Source: Lepidodermella squamata (taxonomy: Eukaryota; Animalia; Gastrotricha). From it: a stretch of DNA of 64,000 nt. Position 1 is the first letter of the stretch. Every line of letters begins with the position of its first letter. Shown in pieces: positions 24,379-36,600 of the stretch. Both the position numbers and the translations under genes were made by a program. The DNA lies in the NCBI GenBank assembly GCA_047495785.1, contig JBLDXI010000024.1, forward strand, positions 4,588,001 to 4,652,000, given 5' to 3'. The notes beneath the pieces were generated by a model that saw only the letters and a program-made list of their open reading frames with translations, was not told the origin of the DNA and searched no databases.

Positions 24379-25094
24379 GGCTCCGACTCACATGTGTTAA
24401 ACCAGGACCGGTGAACTATCATCTAAGCTAAGAAACATAGACACTTGCGCATTGTGCATTGCCTCAAGCAAAAACAAACATTAATCTCAGATCGATTAAG
24501 GCGTGTTGAATTCGTTGCGCTCGACATTGTCCGGGCTATCATCGTTCAGCAAACAGGGTATAATACCGACCGGTTGTTTTGTTGAAAAAACCACCCACCG
24601 GTGAAAAAAAACCGGTTTTTTTGTATATGCTAAAATCACTGAAATGTATTATTTGACAAAGCGAGAGCTCGCTAGCAGTTAGTCCTATAGAGATTTAGAA
24701 GCGATTTTGCCGGTTTCATTTGAAAATTTCAACTTGAAAGGTCTAAAACCGCCTAATTATACTCTACCGGAAGTAAAACTGATTTCCCGATAGTTTCCTT
24801 ACTATGATCGATATCGTCATGAACATTCGGAATATAAGGTAGAATTTCCCGCTGAACATGATGGTGACATCCAATCACCCGCATCAGCTATCGAATATCG
24901 ATTATCGATTGGTAACTTAGTGGAACCAGTGAATCCACAATAATCTGATTGGTCAGGTGGTTTCAAGTTTCAAGTCTGTGATTGGTTGGTTCAAAGAGCA
25001 CGCGACACGCATGGTTCGAGGGGTTGGTTTAACTTTTTTTCTGCGATCACAAAATATGAAATGGGGCGGAAGGTGACCACCCTTCTGCCATCTA

Positions 25095-25167
25095 GCCGAG
25101 ATAGCTCAGTTGGGAGAGCGTTAGACTGAAGATCTAAAGGTCCCTGGTTCGATCCCGGGTCTCGGCG
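25095..25167 (+). tRNA. tRNA-Phe-GAA: tRNA-Phe (GAA)
   Basis: GCCGAGATAGCTCAGTTGGGAGAGCGTTAGACTGAAGATCTAAAGGTCCCTGGTTCGATCCCGGGTCTCGGCG. Intact cloverleaf with a T5 terminator downstream. Confidence 0.95.
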
Positions 25168-25236
25168 TACCTTTTTGCGCTGCCTTTGGCCTATCCTAAG
25201 TGCCATGTTAGAAGCTCGTGGGGGTTTTCTATCGCA

Positions 25237-25308
25237 GGCCCGTTGGTCTAGGAGTATGATTCTCGCTTTGGGTGCGAGAGGTCTCGGGTTCAATTCCCGA
25301 ACGGGCCC
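25237..25308 (+). tRNA. tRNA-Pro-TGG: tRNA-Pro (TGG)
   Basis: Canonical eukaryotic Pro body with paired stems and a T6 terminator. The D-loop reads AGGAGT instead of AGGGGT (possible G18 variant). Confidence 0.88.
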
Positions 25309-25391
25309 ACTCGTTTTTTCTTCATTTGAATTTAAACTTTCAACAAGGTATTGAAAATTTATCTCATAATCCAGGCATTAAATTTCATATC

Positions 25392-25463
25392 TCCCTGATG
25401 GTCTAGTGGTTAGGATTCCGCGCTTTCACCGCGGCGGCCCGGGTTCGATTCCCGGTCAGGGAA
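25392..25463 (+). tRNA. tRNA-Glu-TTC: tRNA-Glu (TTC)
   Basis: TCCCTGATGGTCTAGTGGTTAGGATTCCGCGCTTTCACCGCGGCGGCCCGGGTTCGATTCCCGGTCAGGGAA, intact stems. Confidence 0.95.
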
Positions 25464-25519
25464 AGTTTTGCTTTGAAATGAGTTTTTTGAAAAAATCATA
25501 CTGCTCATCGCAAAAAATC

Positions 25520-25597
25520 GAGCAAGGCTCAGGGGGATTGAACCGCTTCCAATCTTATGCTAACTGGGCAGACATTCTATCACTAAGCTACTTTGCC
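25520..25597 (-). pseudogene. Degenerate tRNA-like sequence, isotype unassignable
   Basis: Minus strand GGCAAAG-TAGCTTAGTGATAGA (A-box-like) ... GGTTCAATCC (B-box) ... CCTTGCT, then a T6 run. Anticodon arm not canonical. Confidence 0.5.
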
Positions 25598-25671
25598 TTT
25601 TGGCTTAAATGGCCATTCAGTCCCAAATTTAAGCTGCCGAAGTAAACGATTCGTGGCAAAAAATGTTTTGT

Positions 25672-25741
25672 TGGATACGGGTGCCGATCCCGTTGCCTCT
25701 CGCATGTTAAGCAACCGCTCTACCATTTGAGCTAATGCCCC
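25672..25741 (-). pseudogene. tRNA-Ala(AGC)-derived pseudogene with anticodon reading AAC
   Basis: GGGGCATTAGCTCAAATGGTAGAGCGGTTGCTTAACATGCGAGAGGCAACGGGATCGGCACCCGTATCCA has an Ala-type body, a mismatched anticodon stem and a shortened 3' acceptor strand. Confidence 0.75.
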
Positions 25742-25817
25742 ATGTATCTGAGTCAATATTTAACAAAGGCATTCTAAACAATAACGTAAAACTATTAGCA
25801 GTAATTTTTTGAAAAGC

Positions 25818-25899
25818 TGGCGCCCTTCGGGAGACTCGAACCCCGGAAACTGCGATTAACTGCTCACGGGAGACCATGGTTCGATTCCGTGCCAAGGAT
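25818..25899. pseudogene. Two back-to-back tRNA 3'-half relics (divergent B-boxes)
   Basis: Minus-strand CCGGGGTTCGAGTCTCCCGAAGGGCGCCA (25818-25846) and plus-strand CACGGGAGACCATGGTTCGATTCCGTGCCAAGG followed by T6. No 5' halves. Confidence 0.5.
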
Positions 25900-25956
25900 C
25901 TAGCTTTTTTCTCGATTTTAAAGCTGAACCATACGAATTGGCCAAAAATGTACAAC

Positions 25957-26029
25957 CGCCCGATGTGGGGCTCGAACCCACGACCCTGGGATTAAGAGTC
26001 CCATGCTCTACCGACTGAGCTAACCGGGC
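25957..26029 (-). tRNA. tRNA-Lys-CTT: tRNA-Lys (CTT)
   Basis: GCCCGGTTAGCTCAGTCGGTAGAGCATGGGACTCTTAATCCCAGGGTCGTGGGTTCGAGCCCCACATCGGGCG, intact. Confidence 0.95.
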
Positions 26030-26875
26030 TGAGACTGAGTAGTGTACTGCTAAATCTTATATTTCCTTACTGGTATTACTTCTGAATTAAAAGCAATCGC
26101 AGAAAAAATTAAATGGTGCGTATCGCGTGCTCTTTGAACCAACCAATCACAGACTTGATACCACCCGGCCAATCAGATAATTGTGGATTCACTGGTTCCA
26201 CTAAGAACTGATCGAGTGATCGATTTTTCATAATTTAGCCGAATCGATTTTATGTGATACAGTGTCTTTCTAAAGTATTTCTAAAGTATTTCAGCTGTGA
26301 GGTATTGATCCTGGGGACATAATGACCCTTAGACCCTTCTGACTGGCTGTTAACTATGAAAATTTGAGGTTTTTTGCGCGAAAACATCCCAAAAACCGCT
26401 ATTTGAAAAAACCGCGGTTTATACTGGTTGGAGTTTAAACCGAATACCTTGTCAGCAAGGAAACCAAATGAATACTCGTGGTCTGTTCACGAGTAATCAC
26501 GTTTGACCAATCGATTCGCCTTGTAAATAATGTTGGTATTGATCAGTTCCAAGGCAAGTTGCTCCACTTCCCGGTCTATCTGTAATATCGAGGTAAAACC
26601 AGGGAAAATGGGCGCAAGCAAATTCCGGCAACAGATGACATTTGCTTCACTACAAAAACTGAAAAACTAGCCATAGGTTATGTCTGCTTGGTTAGGTGAA
26701 CTTTCAAATTCGAATTCTTAGAACAAATTTGTCAAGCCCTGCACCTGATGATTAGCATCGATTAGCAAGTTATCAGTGAATAATAAGTTGTTGATCGTTT
26801 CCAAAAGTTTAGAGGCTAACTGTCTAAGCAGTGCGGCACGTTTTTAGCCGAATTTTCCTGATGGATTTATGTATT

Positions 26876-27320
26876 TATAAGGCCCTAGGGAAGGCTAGTT
26901 TCGAGCTTCGCCTCGCCTTATTATGCGAGTTTTTCCTTGAGTTTCGAGATTTCCTAGAGTTCGATGCGAAGAATAGCCGTACCGTGGGCCTTATTAGACA
27001 AGGCGAAGCGTTCACCGTTCCCCGTTCCCGATAAAACTGCAATTTTAATGGAAAAATGTGACATAATGGGTGATTTTCCGGGTGAAATGTGACTTTAAAA
27101 AATCAACCTTAAAATTTATTTCGAAAACGGCATTTTTGAAAGAATTTCATGCTGAAACAAGAAAAGTGATCTCGCTTCGCTCGAAGAGTTTTGAGTGCTT
27201 TTTCTCGCTTCGCTGGGACCTTCGGTGCTCACTGTAAAAATAAAAAAATCCCCATTAAATAAGCGGTTTCTTATTATGTTTATCATGTACGCTTCGCCTA
27301 GAGTAATATGTTTTATTTTG
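26876..27320. mobile_element. Unclassified ~440-bp insertion upstream of copy C
   Basis: Absent from the paralogous position upstream of copy B (~9150-9162). Begins with an imperfect palindrome ATAAGGCCC...GGGCCTTAT and has repeated GCTTCGC motifs. Boundaries approximate. Confidence 0.5.
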
Positions 27321-27650
27321 CATATATTTATGAGCTAGCCACTGTTACCCAGCCATTGTTTCGAGAGCGACGTCTTACCAAGTGACACTTCACTCGCTTC
27401 GCGAATATTGATTCGAAAAATATATCATTAACTAAGCGTTCCACGCATGAATCATTCAGCATGGGGTAAAACACGTGGAAAAAATATCTGAATTACGCAA
27501 TCCATTGTTTTCGTTCGCCATTGTTTTCCCGGTGTTGTTGGCAATGCATTCGCAAGGATAAAGGGACAGACCGTACCCTATCATGGCAACATTAGGGAGT
27601 ACAAGTTCCTGCCTGACTGATTCAACATTTGCAAAATAACTTTAAAGACC

Positions 27651-30600
27651 ATGCGACTTCTGTGTTTTTCCTTACTCTTTTTGATCAATTTGAGAGCTGC
27701 GGAAGGCCGTTAGTAGCTTGTAAATGGATAATATTTCTTTAATTTTTCCTTAATACAGAGACATGTAACCCAGCCTGCCAGAATGGCAATTGCATTGCAA
27801 CAAACACATGCTCTTGCAACATTGGGTGGGGCGGAGCTCAATGCGAACAAGCAGCACCAACAAGTTTGCATCACCTGTTTAAGGCTCCATATTACTGATA
27901 ATTTAATCATTAGTTTGTACGAACAGTGCTCAATGCGCTAATGGCGGGACTTGCTCGGAAAAGAACTGCTATTGCCCTGGATCATGGACAGGTCCAGCTT
28001 GCGCGGACACAGGTTTGCTTTGAGCCTTATCGGGTTTTACCCATCATTTTCGACTTGATATTATATAGGAACAGTTATGTGTCACCCTACTGGTTATGAC
28101 TATCCGTACTGCTACAACGGCGGCACCTGCACTTGGAGTGGACAAACAAGCGCCTGCTACTGCAGAAATGGATACACCGGGAAATATTGTGAAATAGGTA
28201 GGCTTTCGTCTATCGATTTCCATCCATCACATATTCTGTGTCTGCCTGGGTCCAGTTCTGTGTAGCCAACCTTGCCAAAACGGTGGCTCCTGTACTGCTA
28301 CCGAAACGTGTAATTGCGTTGGAGGCTACACGGGGACTTACTGCAATACATTTTCCTGTGCGAGCCCGTGTCAAAATGGCGGAAGTTGTGTGGCTCCCAA
28401 CACCTGTAGCTGCGTGGATGATTGGACTGGGCCAACTTGCTCTACATGTAAGGAGCGATTTCTCTTTTTCGAACAGATTATTTTCAAAAGAGGTATATCG
28501 ATTACAGCTACGGCCTGCCAGAGCATTGAACTACTGTCAAAGTTCGCCTCTTGGGGTGGTTCCATGTCAGGTTCATCCGGGAATGCCTATTATGGCAACG
28601 GGAATCACCCGGCTGGCAACTTCTGGAACCCAAGCGGCACAGAATGGAACATATACGTTGAATTCAACTTTGGCCGCGAGGTTTCGGTCCGAACAATTGG
28701 CATCGCGGCTGGCTCATCCGGCAGTGGCTACATCACATCTTACTCGTTATCCTTTCTCGCAAAAGCTGGGCTTGGCGAGTTGATGGTTCCAGTGCTCACA
28801 AATATGTCAGATCCTAACAGCGCCCCTGTGATATACACCACTTCCCCGAACGCGTCGAATAACATGTATTTCTATCCAACTACTCTATGCCCTGTTGTTC
28901 GAACGCAAAAGCTGAGAATTCACGTTAAGACCGGCTCGGGAGCGCTGACCAACATTCGTGCCCGGTTTTTGATCTACGGCTGCCCGACCTATGCTGGATG
29001 CACAGTTTGCTCAGCAGTTAGTCAATGCCTGTGCCCCATAGGTTACACTAGCAACGACACGACTCTGAATCCATGGCCTCATTGCGGTAATTTATTGACT
29101 GACTTGGCCACTGTTTCTACCTCGATAGATTTTAGATCAACTGACTGTGCCTGTTTTGGACTGTGAGGATATCGCGCTACGCCAGCCTAGTGCTCAAAGT
29201 GGTGTCTATACAATTTATCCGATCGGATCTCCGCCAATTCAGGTGTACTGCGATATGACATCGCTCGGTGGGGGCTGGACAGTTTTCCAACGCCGCGCTT
29301 CACCAACAGTGGATTTCAATCGAAACTGGGTCGATTATCAGTCATTTTTCGGATCATTCAGTGACAGCTTTTGGCTTGGCCTAGACAGCATCTCCACTAT
29401 TACTTACTCGGCTTATAACACCTACAAACTGACGGTCAAGGCATCAGATTTGGACTTCAATTACAACGGTCTTTACGCTATGAGGGGATTCAAAATTAGT
29501 CCTGCTGCTAGCAACTACACTTTCAGTTATGTAACAGCTAACATCGTCCAGATGGGAAACAATTTAGCGAGCGCTAATAACATACCATTCAGCACGAAAG
29601 ATCGGGACAACGACAACGTACCTGGCTCGAATTGTGCTGCTGATAACATGGGAGGCTGGTGGTATGGCACTAATTGCAGTGTTTCGAGCTTAAATGGGTA
29701 TGAAATTCGAGAAACGTGTTCAGTAACATAGTTATAAGTTGCATTTCCAGAGTTTACAACTCAACCGTGGCTTATCAAGGCGTTATGTGGATCCCATGGG
29801 TTACATCGGTTTTCTCTCTGAGGAAGGCACAGATGATGGTGAGAAGACAACAAAATGACTACTTCGGAACCCCAGGTGAGACTCTTGGAATACCCTTTAC
29901 CATCTTCAGTTTTTCTTTTCAAGCTGTTGCGTTAACATATACCAACCCTGCTGATTGCTCCGACATTGCGGTTAATATGCCCAATGCACCGAGTGGAGTC
30001 TACACAATCTACCCACCCGGTGGCAATCCAGTCCAAACGTATTGTGAAATGGTGGCTTTCGGCGGGAATTGGACTGTTATCCAACGAAATATCTACGGTT
30101 CTCCTCAGAGCTTCAATCATAATTACACAACTTACGAAACAGGCTTTGGAACTGCTAACGGAGCTTTTTACCTCGGAAATACTGCAATAAACCAAATCAC
30201 GTCAGCTGGGCCTCTTTACCAACTGGCTGTCGTGCTTGAATTTTCGAATGGCAATTTCAGGACTGCGAGATACAAGACTTTTTCGATAGACGGAGCTGCC
30301 TCCAATTACAAATTGAATGTTACTGGTTACAACTGGCTTGATGATGTTGAAACAGCAGGCGATTCGCTACTCTCCCACTCTGGGCAAAGTTTCCAGGTTT
30401 ATTCTAATAGATCGGGTGGCTGGTGGTTCAAAGACTGGGATTCTGGGTCGTGCCTCGACTCAAATTTGAATGGAGTAGCCCTGAATGATACATTCGAGCA
30501 AGGAATAGTTTGGTCTTCCTGGAAAGGCAGGGTTAATTCGATCAAAAACAGTGTCATGATGATTAGGCCACTGGCTCTGAAACCTTACGATTGCCTGGAT

Positions 30601-33600
30601 ATTTTCAAGAATGACAACAGTAGCCAGGATGGTTTGTACTGGATATACCCCATCGGTATGAAGGCCCTTCGAGTTTACTGCTATTTCGGGGCACTTCCTT
30701 ACATATCGAACACAACGGATTATCGTGGCATAACAGTATGAATTCAGCTTTGACAATTTTGTTAGAATAATTGGAATACATTTCTCTATAGCTATTTCAA
30801 AAGAGAACGACTGGGAACGTGAATTTTTCGAGGGGATGGCAGGATTATAAATGGGGATTCGCTGCACAGCCGTTCACAGCTTCCAGTGATTATTGGCTTG
30901 GTACTTGATGATTCTCTCATCAATTATTAATGTAATATTGATCGATAGGTAATGAGTACCTCTACCATTTAACTCGGAGGCATTGTAGCGAACTTTTCAT
31001 CATTACAACTGATCCTCGAACTGGCGATACTAATGTAGCGCATTGGAGAGATTTTGACATAGGATCCGAGGATAGCGGCTATAGATTGTACGCAGATCCA
31101 GGAAATTTTGATGGGGCTTCGAATACAGGTAAATTTTGAATTTATTCTTGAATTATAGTTGTTACAAAATCTTGATAATTCTTCAGCCAATTCATTGGAC
31201 ATTCACAGCTATCAGTCATTTTCTACGTTCGACAATGGCTCCTCTTCTAGCTGCTTTGGCCCTGGGTCAACACAACTGGAAGGTGGCTGGTGGGTTCAGA
31301 CTTATACCTGCAGTTATAAAGCTAATCTCAACAACGTATGGGGATCGAATTTAACGCCGAAAGCTGTAGGCTTTCTTGGATGGGCGCCTCTCAACTTGTC
31401 CATGTCAACGACCATGATGGGAATACGCCGTAAATGTAAGAGTTGGCTATGATTATACCATCTCAACTGAATGAGATCATTCCAGTGAGTGCTGCGTGTA
31501 AACTTCCGTCAGGATTCGGGTTGATAGGAGTGCAGGCAATAATCCCTCCCGTTGACGTTGTGGCTTACACTCGAGATGTTGGTAATCGCTGGATATCTGG
31601 TGACCATATGAGAATTCGGTTGGCCAACTATGGCAACTGGTATTCAAACGAAGATCCAGTGTTCACGCGTAAACATGAATAACAACTGAGAAAATTTGAA
31701 TACAACTGAAATTTTGAAACAGCATGGGATCCACCATCAGATTGCGCCTATTATCAAAGCCAGCAACCGGCATATCTCAAATTCGTATCTGGAATATATG
31801 CCAACTTTTCTGCTGGAGATTTCTCCGGGACGGTTTTTTGCGACCAAGAAACATGGGGTATGAAGCTAGATCAGTGCTCCGCAAACTCGGTTTTTCCGGT
31901 GGAGCAGTTCATTGCGGCCGGAAAGCTGTTCTCGAATAATGGCTGGACGGCGGCCGGCTACCCTTTTTCTTCGATCATGACGCGAAAATAAGCCTATTTT
32001 AGACTATTTTCAGCCAAAATGTCTGTAAAATACCGTTAGCTAAAGCTCGCTTCGCTCGCATACATTATTCCTCTAGTTTGCTGGGTCCAATGTGGCAATC
32101 TTGAGCATTTTCCCTAATCTTTGTTCGATTATTAAACAGGAAGGGCTAAACAATTTTCGTGAATTGGGACCCCCGGGGTCCCTGTGGGGGTTGCCCGCGA
32201 TGTAAAACTGTCGCCCGTAATGGAAAAAGGTTATACCACATAGACATAGATCACTTCGTTTCAAAGAGCCTTTTCTCTCTCTCTCGTTCTGTCTGCGCGT
32301 AGGATCGCTTAGGACTTTGGAAGTACCGCTGAAGGAATCGCTTCTTTTGGCTCAAGTTGTGGAGAAGCAATCGTCTATAGGTAGTAGAAAAAGTCAGCGG
32401 AATTAACCTCCTTATGAAGGGCACTTTTAATTAACCGCCTCTGCTCAATATCAATAGGATCATCATAAACCATAAATCAATAGGACTCCCGCGGAAAAAG
32501 ATGTGCTTGAAGCTAAAAATATCTGCGGCCGATGAAAGAGCATTCTCCATGTTCGTGCGGCCGGTGAAGGGTCTGATTGTATATGCGGCCGAACCCAAGG
32601 TTTTCCGGCCGCCAAAAATGACGGCTGTGGAAAAAGTTTGCGGAGCACTGAGCTAGATTACTTCTTGGTAGTTCCAAAATGATTAATGATTATCTTGTTT
32701 TTTTGCAGGCGGAGGTTGGGTCGTAATCCAACGCCGTGTTGATAATACTGTTTCGTTTAATCGAACAATGGACGAATACATCAATGGTTTCGGCTCCTTG
32801 ACGGGTAATTATTGGATGGGGCTTGAAGCAATGCGGAAGATAACGGCTTCAACCTTCCATGAAGTTCTCTTTGAAATGAATGGTCCTGAGGGCTACGCAT
32901 TTGTTACAGCTAGCATGTTTTATCATTGGCAACCAGGATATGGCTACATCATGAGTGGATATCAGTCGTGCTCAACCGGGGGCAACTTAGTCACTTCTAC
33001 AAATGGCAGACCTTTTCAAATTGACCCGTGTGGTACCGGGGGTTGGTGGTTCCAACAGACGTGCAATCCCTCTGCTGTCTACTCGAACCTTAATGCCCCG
33101 TATAACGGCGTAGGAACTGGTGGAATCTACTCATCGACGTACAGCGCGTCTCTGTTAAATCTGCAGTGGACTGAGATCAAAATTCGAAGGGCATCGCCTG
33201 TCCATGGCCGATATGTTCGTGCGAAGTCCTTCAGATGTGCCTTTGGTTCTAGTACAATTGCGAGTGTAACGTCCGTAAATGATTGCCTCAACCTATGCAC
33301 GGCATCGACGACTTGCGTCAGTGCTGTTTTGAGCGGTCAAAGCTGCGATCAACGCACCGTTTTTTGTACCCCGGGTATGGGCTCGGCAAACTCCACGTTT
33401 GACACTTATTTCAAGATTGAGAAATGCAACCAGTTCAGCTCATGCGGCCCACCTCCAGCTATGGGTGGGACTGATCTTGAAATTGTTGGAATGCCGACCG
33501 TCATGTCAGTCAATTACACCTGCTTACCAGGCTATACAAATGCTCTAGCCACTGGAAATTGGACCATACTGACCTGCAATGCCACAACAAAAAGATGGAT

Positions 33601-36600
33601 CGGAAATTGGCTGCAGTGTAGCACATTGTGCGGGATTTACCCGGATTACAGCGATACAAATGCAACTAGGCTTCCGACTGTTGATTTAAATGCAGGGGTT
33701 TACAAAATTTACTACCAATGCCCGCCGGGATTTTCGGTTATTTCCGGGAGTTTGACCCAGACATGCGCGCCGCCCTATGGAGCTTGGCAGGGAGGTGTTC
33801 CAGTTTGCCAAAATGCAAGTTGCTCACAGCCACAAACATTTGCTGGCACGACCAACAACTTCACGACCCCTGTCTCAATTCCGTTGAATGAACGAATCAT
33901 TGGAGATGCTGTCTGGCGTTACGATTGCGCGGCTGGTTATGTATTCAACGACACAAATTTGCCCAGCGCAACAATTAGGTGCAACATTACGACTAGGGAC
34001 TGGTCTGGCACGGTTGGAACTTGCGTCCCAGATTGTTCAAGCCTTGGGGGTTGCCTGAATGGCGGCAGCTGTTCTCTACCAAATCAATGCACTTGCGCGT
34101 TAGGCTGGATTGGAGCGAACTGTAGTGCTCGTAAGCATGAATAGTTAATCTCGTTTCTTAGAACGAAATATATGTGCAACAGATTCAGGATAGGCAAGAT
34201 GTCTAAGCTCCGCTCATTTTAATATTTATTTAATTATTTACTCGTGTTTCCAGCTGACTGTCGATCTCTTTCGAACTGTACTGGTCACGGTACTTGCATA
34301 TCGTACAACAACTGTTCATGTACGATTGCCTGGCACGATGTCGATTGTTCCAGACGTAAGTTTTAATTGAAATGTATTTTAGCTTGGGCTGAATTCTCCT
34401 GTAATTCAAGCGAACTGTGCTCCAATCGGCCAATGTCTTAACGGTGGGACTTGTGTAGCCCCGAATCAATGCACTTGCGCAGCTGGTTGGTCCGGAACCA
34501 ATTGTTCGATAGGTCGGTTGAGAAATTCATATGCACTTATTTCATGGCTTGTCTTTTCAGCTGATTGCTCATCGGTTGCCAACTGCTCCGGGCACGGTTC
34601 GTGTGTAAATGTCAGCACATGCTCGTGTATATCAGGCTGGACTGGCCCTAGCTGCTCCATTCGTAAGTTCTCATATAACGACAGTCGCAATTTGATAACT
34701 TGTTTGTTCTCAAGCTGATTGTACCTCGCTCGGCGGCTGTCAAAATGGTGGGACTTGCATATCGGCAAACCAATGCTCTTGTGCTGGATCTTGGTCTGGA
34801 GTCAACTGCGCGAATGGTAAGATACTGGGCTATGAGTGAATAACTTTGTACTCTTTCGCATTGACAGCAACTTGCTTCGCCGTTGCAAACTGTTCTGGTC
34901 ACGGTTCCTGCATTGCATCGAATGTTTGTAGCTGCAATGCTGGCTGGTCTGGTCCGAGTTGTTCTAGCCCAGATTGCTCTGCAATTGGTGGATGTCTCAA
35001 TGGAGCAACTTGCTCCTCCCCGAATACCTGTATTTGTATGGCAAGCTGGACTGGAAATAACTGTGGAACGGGTAAGTAAATAACACGGAAGTCATTCTAC
35101 TTTATAAGGGCTGTACAGGGTCCCGGTTGAATTTGTTGGGAAAGTAATGTGTTTTTCTATTTTTAGCAATTACAACAACAACCCCTCCTCCTACTGCAAT
35201 TACAACGACAGCGGCAGCGACAGCTTTGTCAACGGCAGTTCAACCGACTTCTACTACTTCTACTTCTGTTACAACGTCAACCCTAGCAGCTATTTCATCT
35301 TCATCAACAACCACAGGACAATCGTCTTCTTCGGTTATTACTGCTACTGCCATACCCACAACTAAGCCGTCAACTACTACCCAGCTGGTTACAACGGTGA
35401 AGCCTAGTGAATCTATTGCTGAGCTGGCAGTAGTTTCTAAACTACCCGACCAAGCTCTCGTTAGCAACGTATCTGCTATAAATTCTCAGGTGGTTCAAGG
35501 TGCGAGTGCAATAACCGAGAGTTCAAGCCCGATTAACGTTGCAGCTGATTCTGTAAGTGACTGAATATACACGATCGCCTAATTCAAACCTTTTATCGGG
35601 TTCTAGCAAGCCTTTCTTTCCCTTTCATCTGAGCTGATAACCAGATATCAAAGAATGGCTTCGACCTTATCAGTAGAGACTATTCTTACGGTCTCTCAGG
35701 GTGAGTCTTCAGCTTAGTTAAGATTCTTTGCTAAAAGATTCTATTTCAGCTTATACCGAATCTGTAAGCTCGGTTCTAACGACGGTCGTGGAAAATAACC
35801 TACTACCTGAGCCTGAGTCTCCAGCAATCATCCTACCAACAACTGCTGTAAAATGCAAAGCCGACTCTTTCGATACAGAGGAGCATGTTACTACGCCTCC
35901 TAAAGTTGAAATGTCTACGCCACAAACTGAGAAACTGCTGAGTGACTTTAGAAATATGCTAGAAGGCATGGCATCTATGGTGAAAGGAGCCTTATCTGCT
36001 GGGAAAGATTACAGCTTCAACGGGACCTTCTTCTCAGTCGTTATCAGCAATACGTTGGCTGGGAATCTGCCTGGAATGAAGTTGTACACGAATCTTGCAT
36101 CTGCCCAGATTCCTTTCGTCAGCAGTTTGTCGATTCTGCTGGACAGTCCTCCGAAAGGTCTAACGGAGACGAGCAAAATCTCGGTGGTTCTGACTGCTTA
36201 TGTTTCTAACATCTTCGATCTGACCAAACCATTCAACATGCCTACGATTTCAATGAAAGTCTACTTCGGCTCAACAAGCCTTGTATTGAACAAAAAGTAC
36301 CAAGTCAAGCTCGTTGGTTACCCACTGGTCAGCAAAGCTCGACAGCTATCGACTGACAAGGTCGAGTCGCAATGCGATGTCAGCAAGGTGAAATGCGACG
36401 TCTCAAGTAACGCGGATAAATTGGGCTCGTTGGCTATATTTCCTGTGTCAGCCGACGCGGGGGATTTTATTCTGATATTTCCGGCTATTCAATTCGACTA
36501 CTCTGTTTACATTTCTCTTAATGCGACTCCATCAGCTGGATCTTTTACTTGGTCGATCAATGTGACCGGAAATAATGTTGCTGCAAGTGTTCATTCGACT

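Larger units (their letters stand above)
24916..26205. mobile_element. Element bounded by ~90-bp inverted repeats (24916-25011 and 26117-26205) whose interior is a tRNA gene cluster
   Basis: The arms differ by 5 substitutions and one 7-bp duplication (TTTCAAG). No coding capacity inside. No clear TSD. Confidence 0.8.
24554..26451. mobile_element. hAT-like non-autonomous insertion containing the tRNA cassette
   Basis: Ends CAGGGTAT...ATACCTTG, flanked by TCAGCAAA/TCAGCAAG (7 of 8 match). AAAAACC subterminal repeats at both ends. Homology to the copy-B upstream region stops at the left end (cf. ~8690) and resumes shortly after the right end (cf. ~8935). Confidence 0.65.

Noticed and set aside
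24991-25955. ORFs overlapping the tRNA cluster
   Set aside because: Incidental translations of tRNA sequence.
27575-27592. RFX X-box-like CATGGCAAC upstream of copy C
   Set aside because: Only a half-site, and not conserved upstream of copy B (CATGGCGGC).
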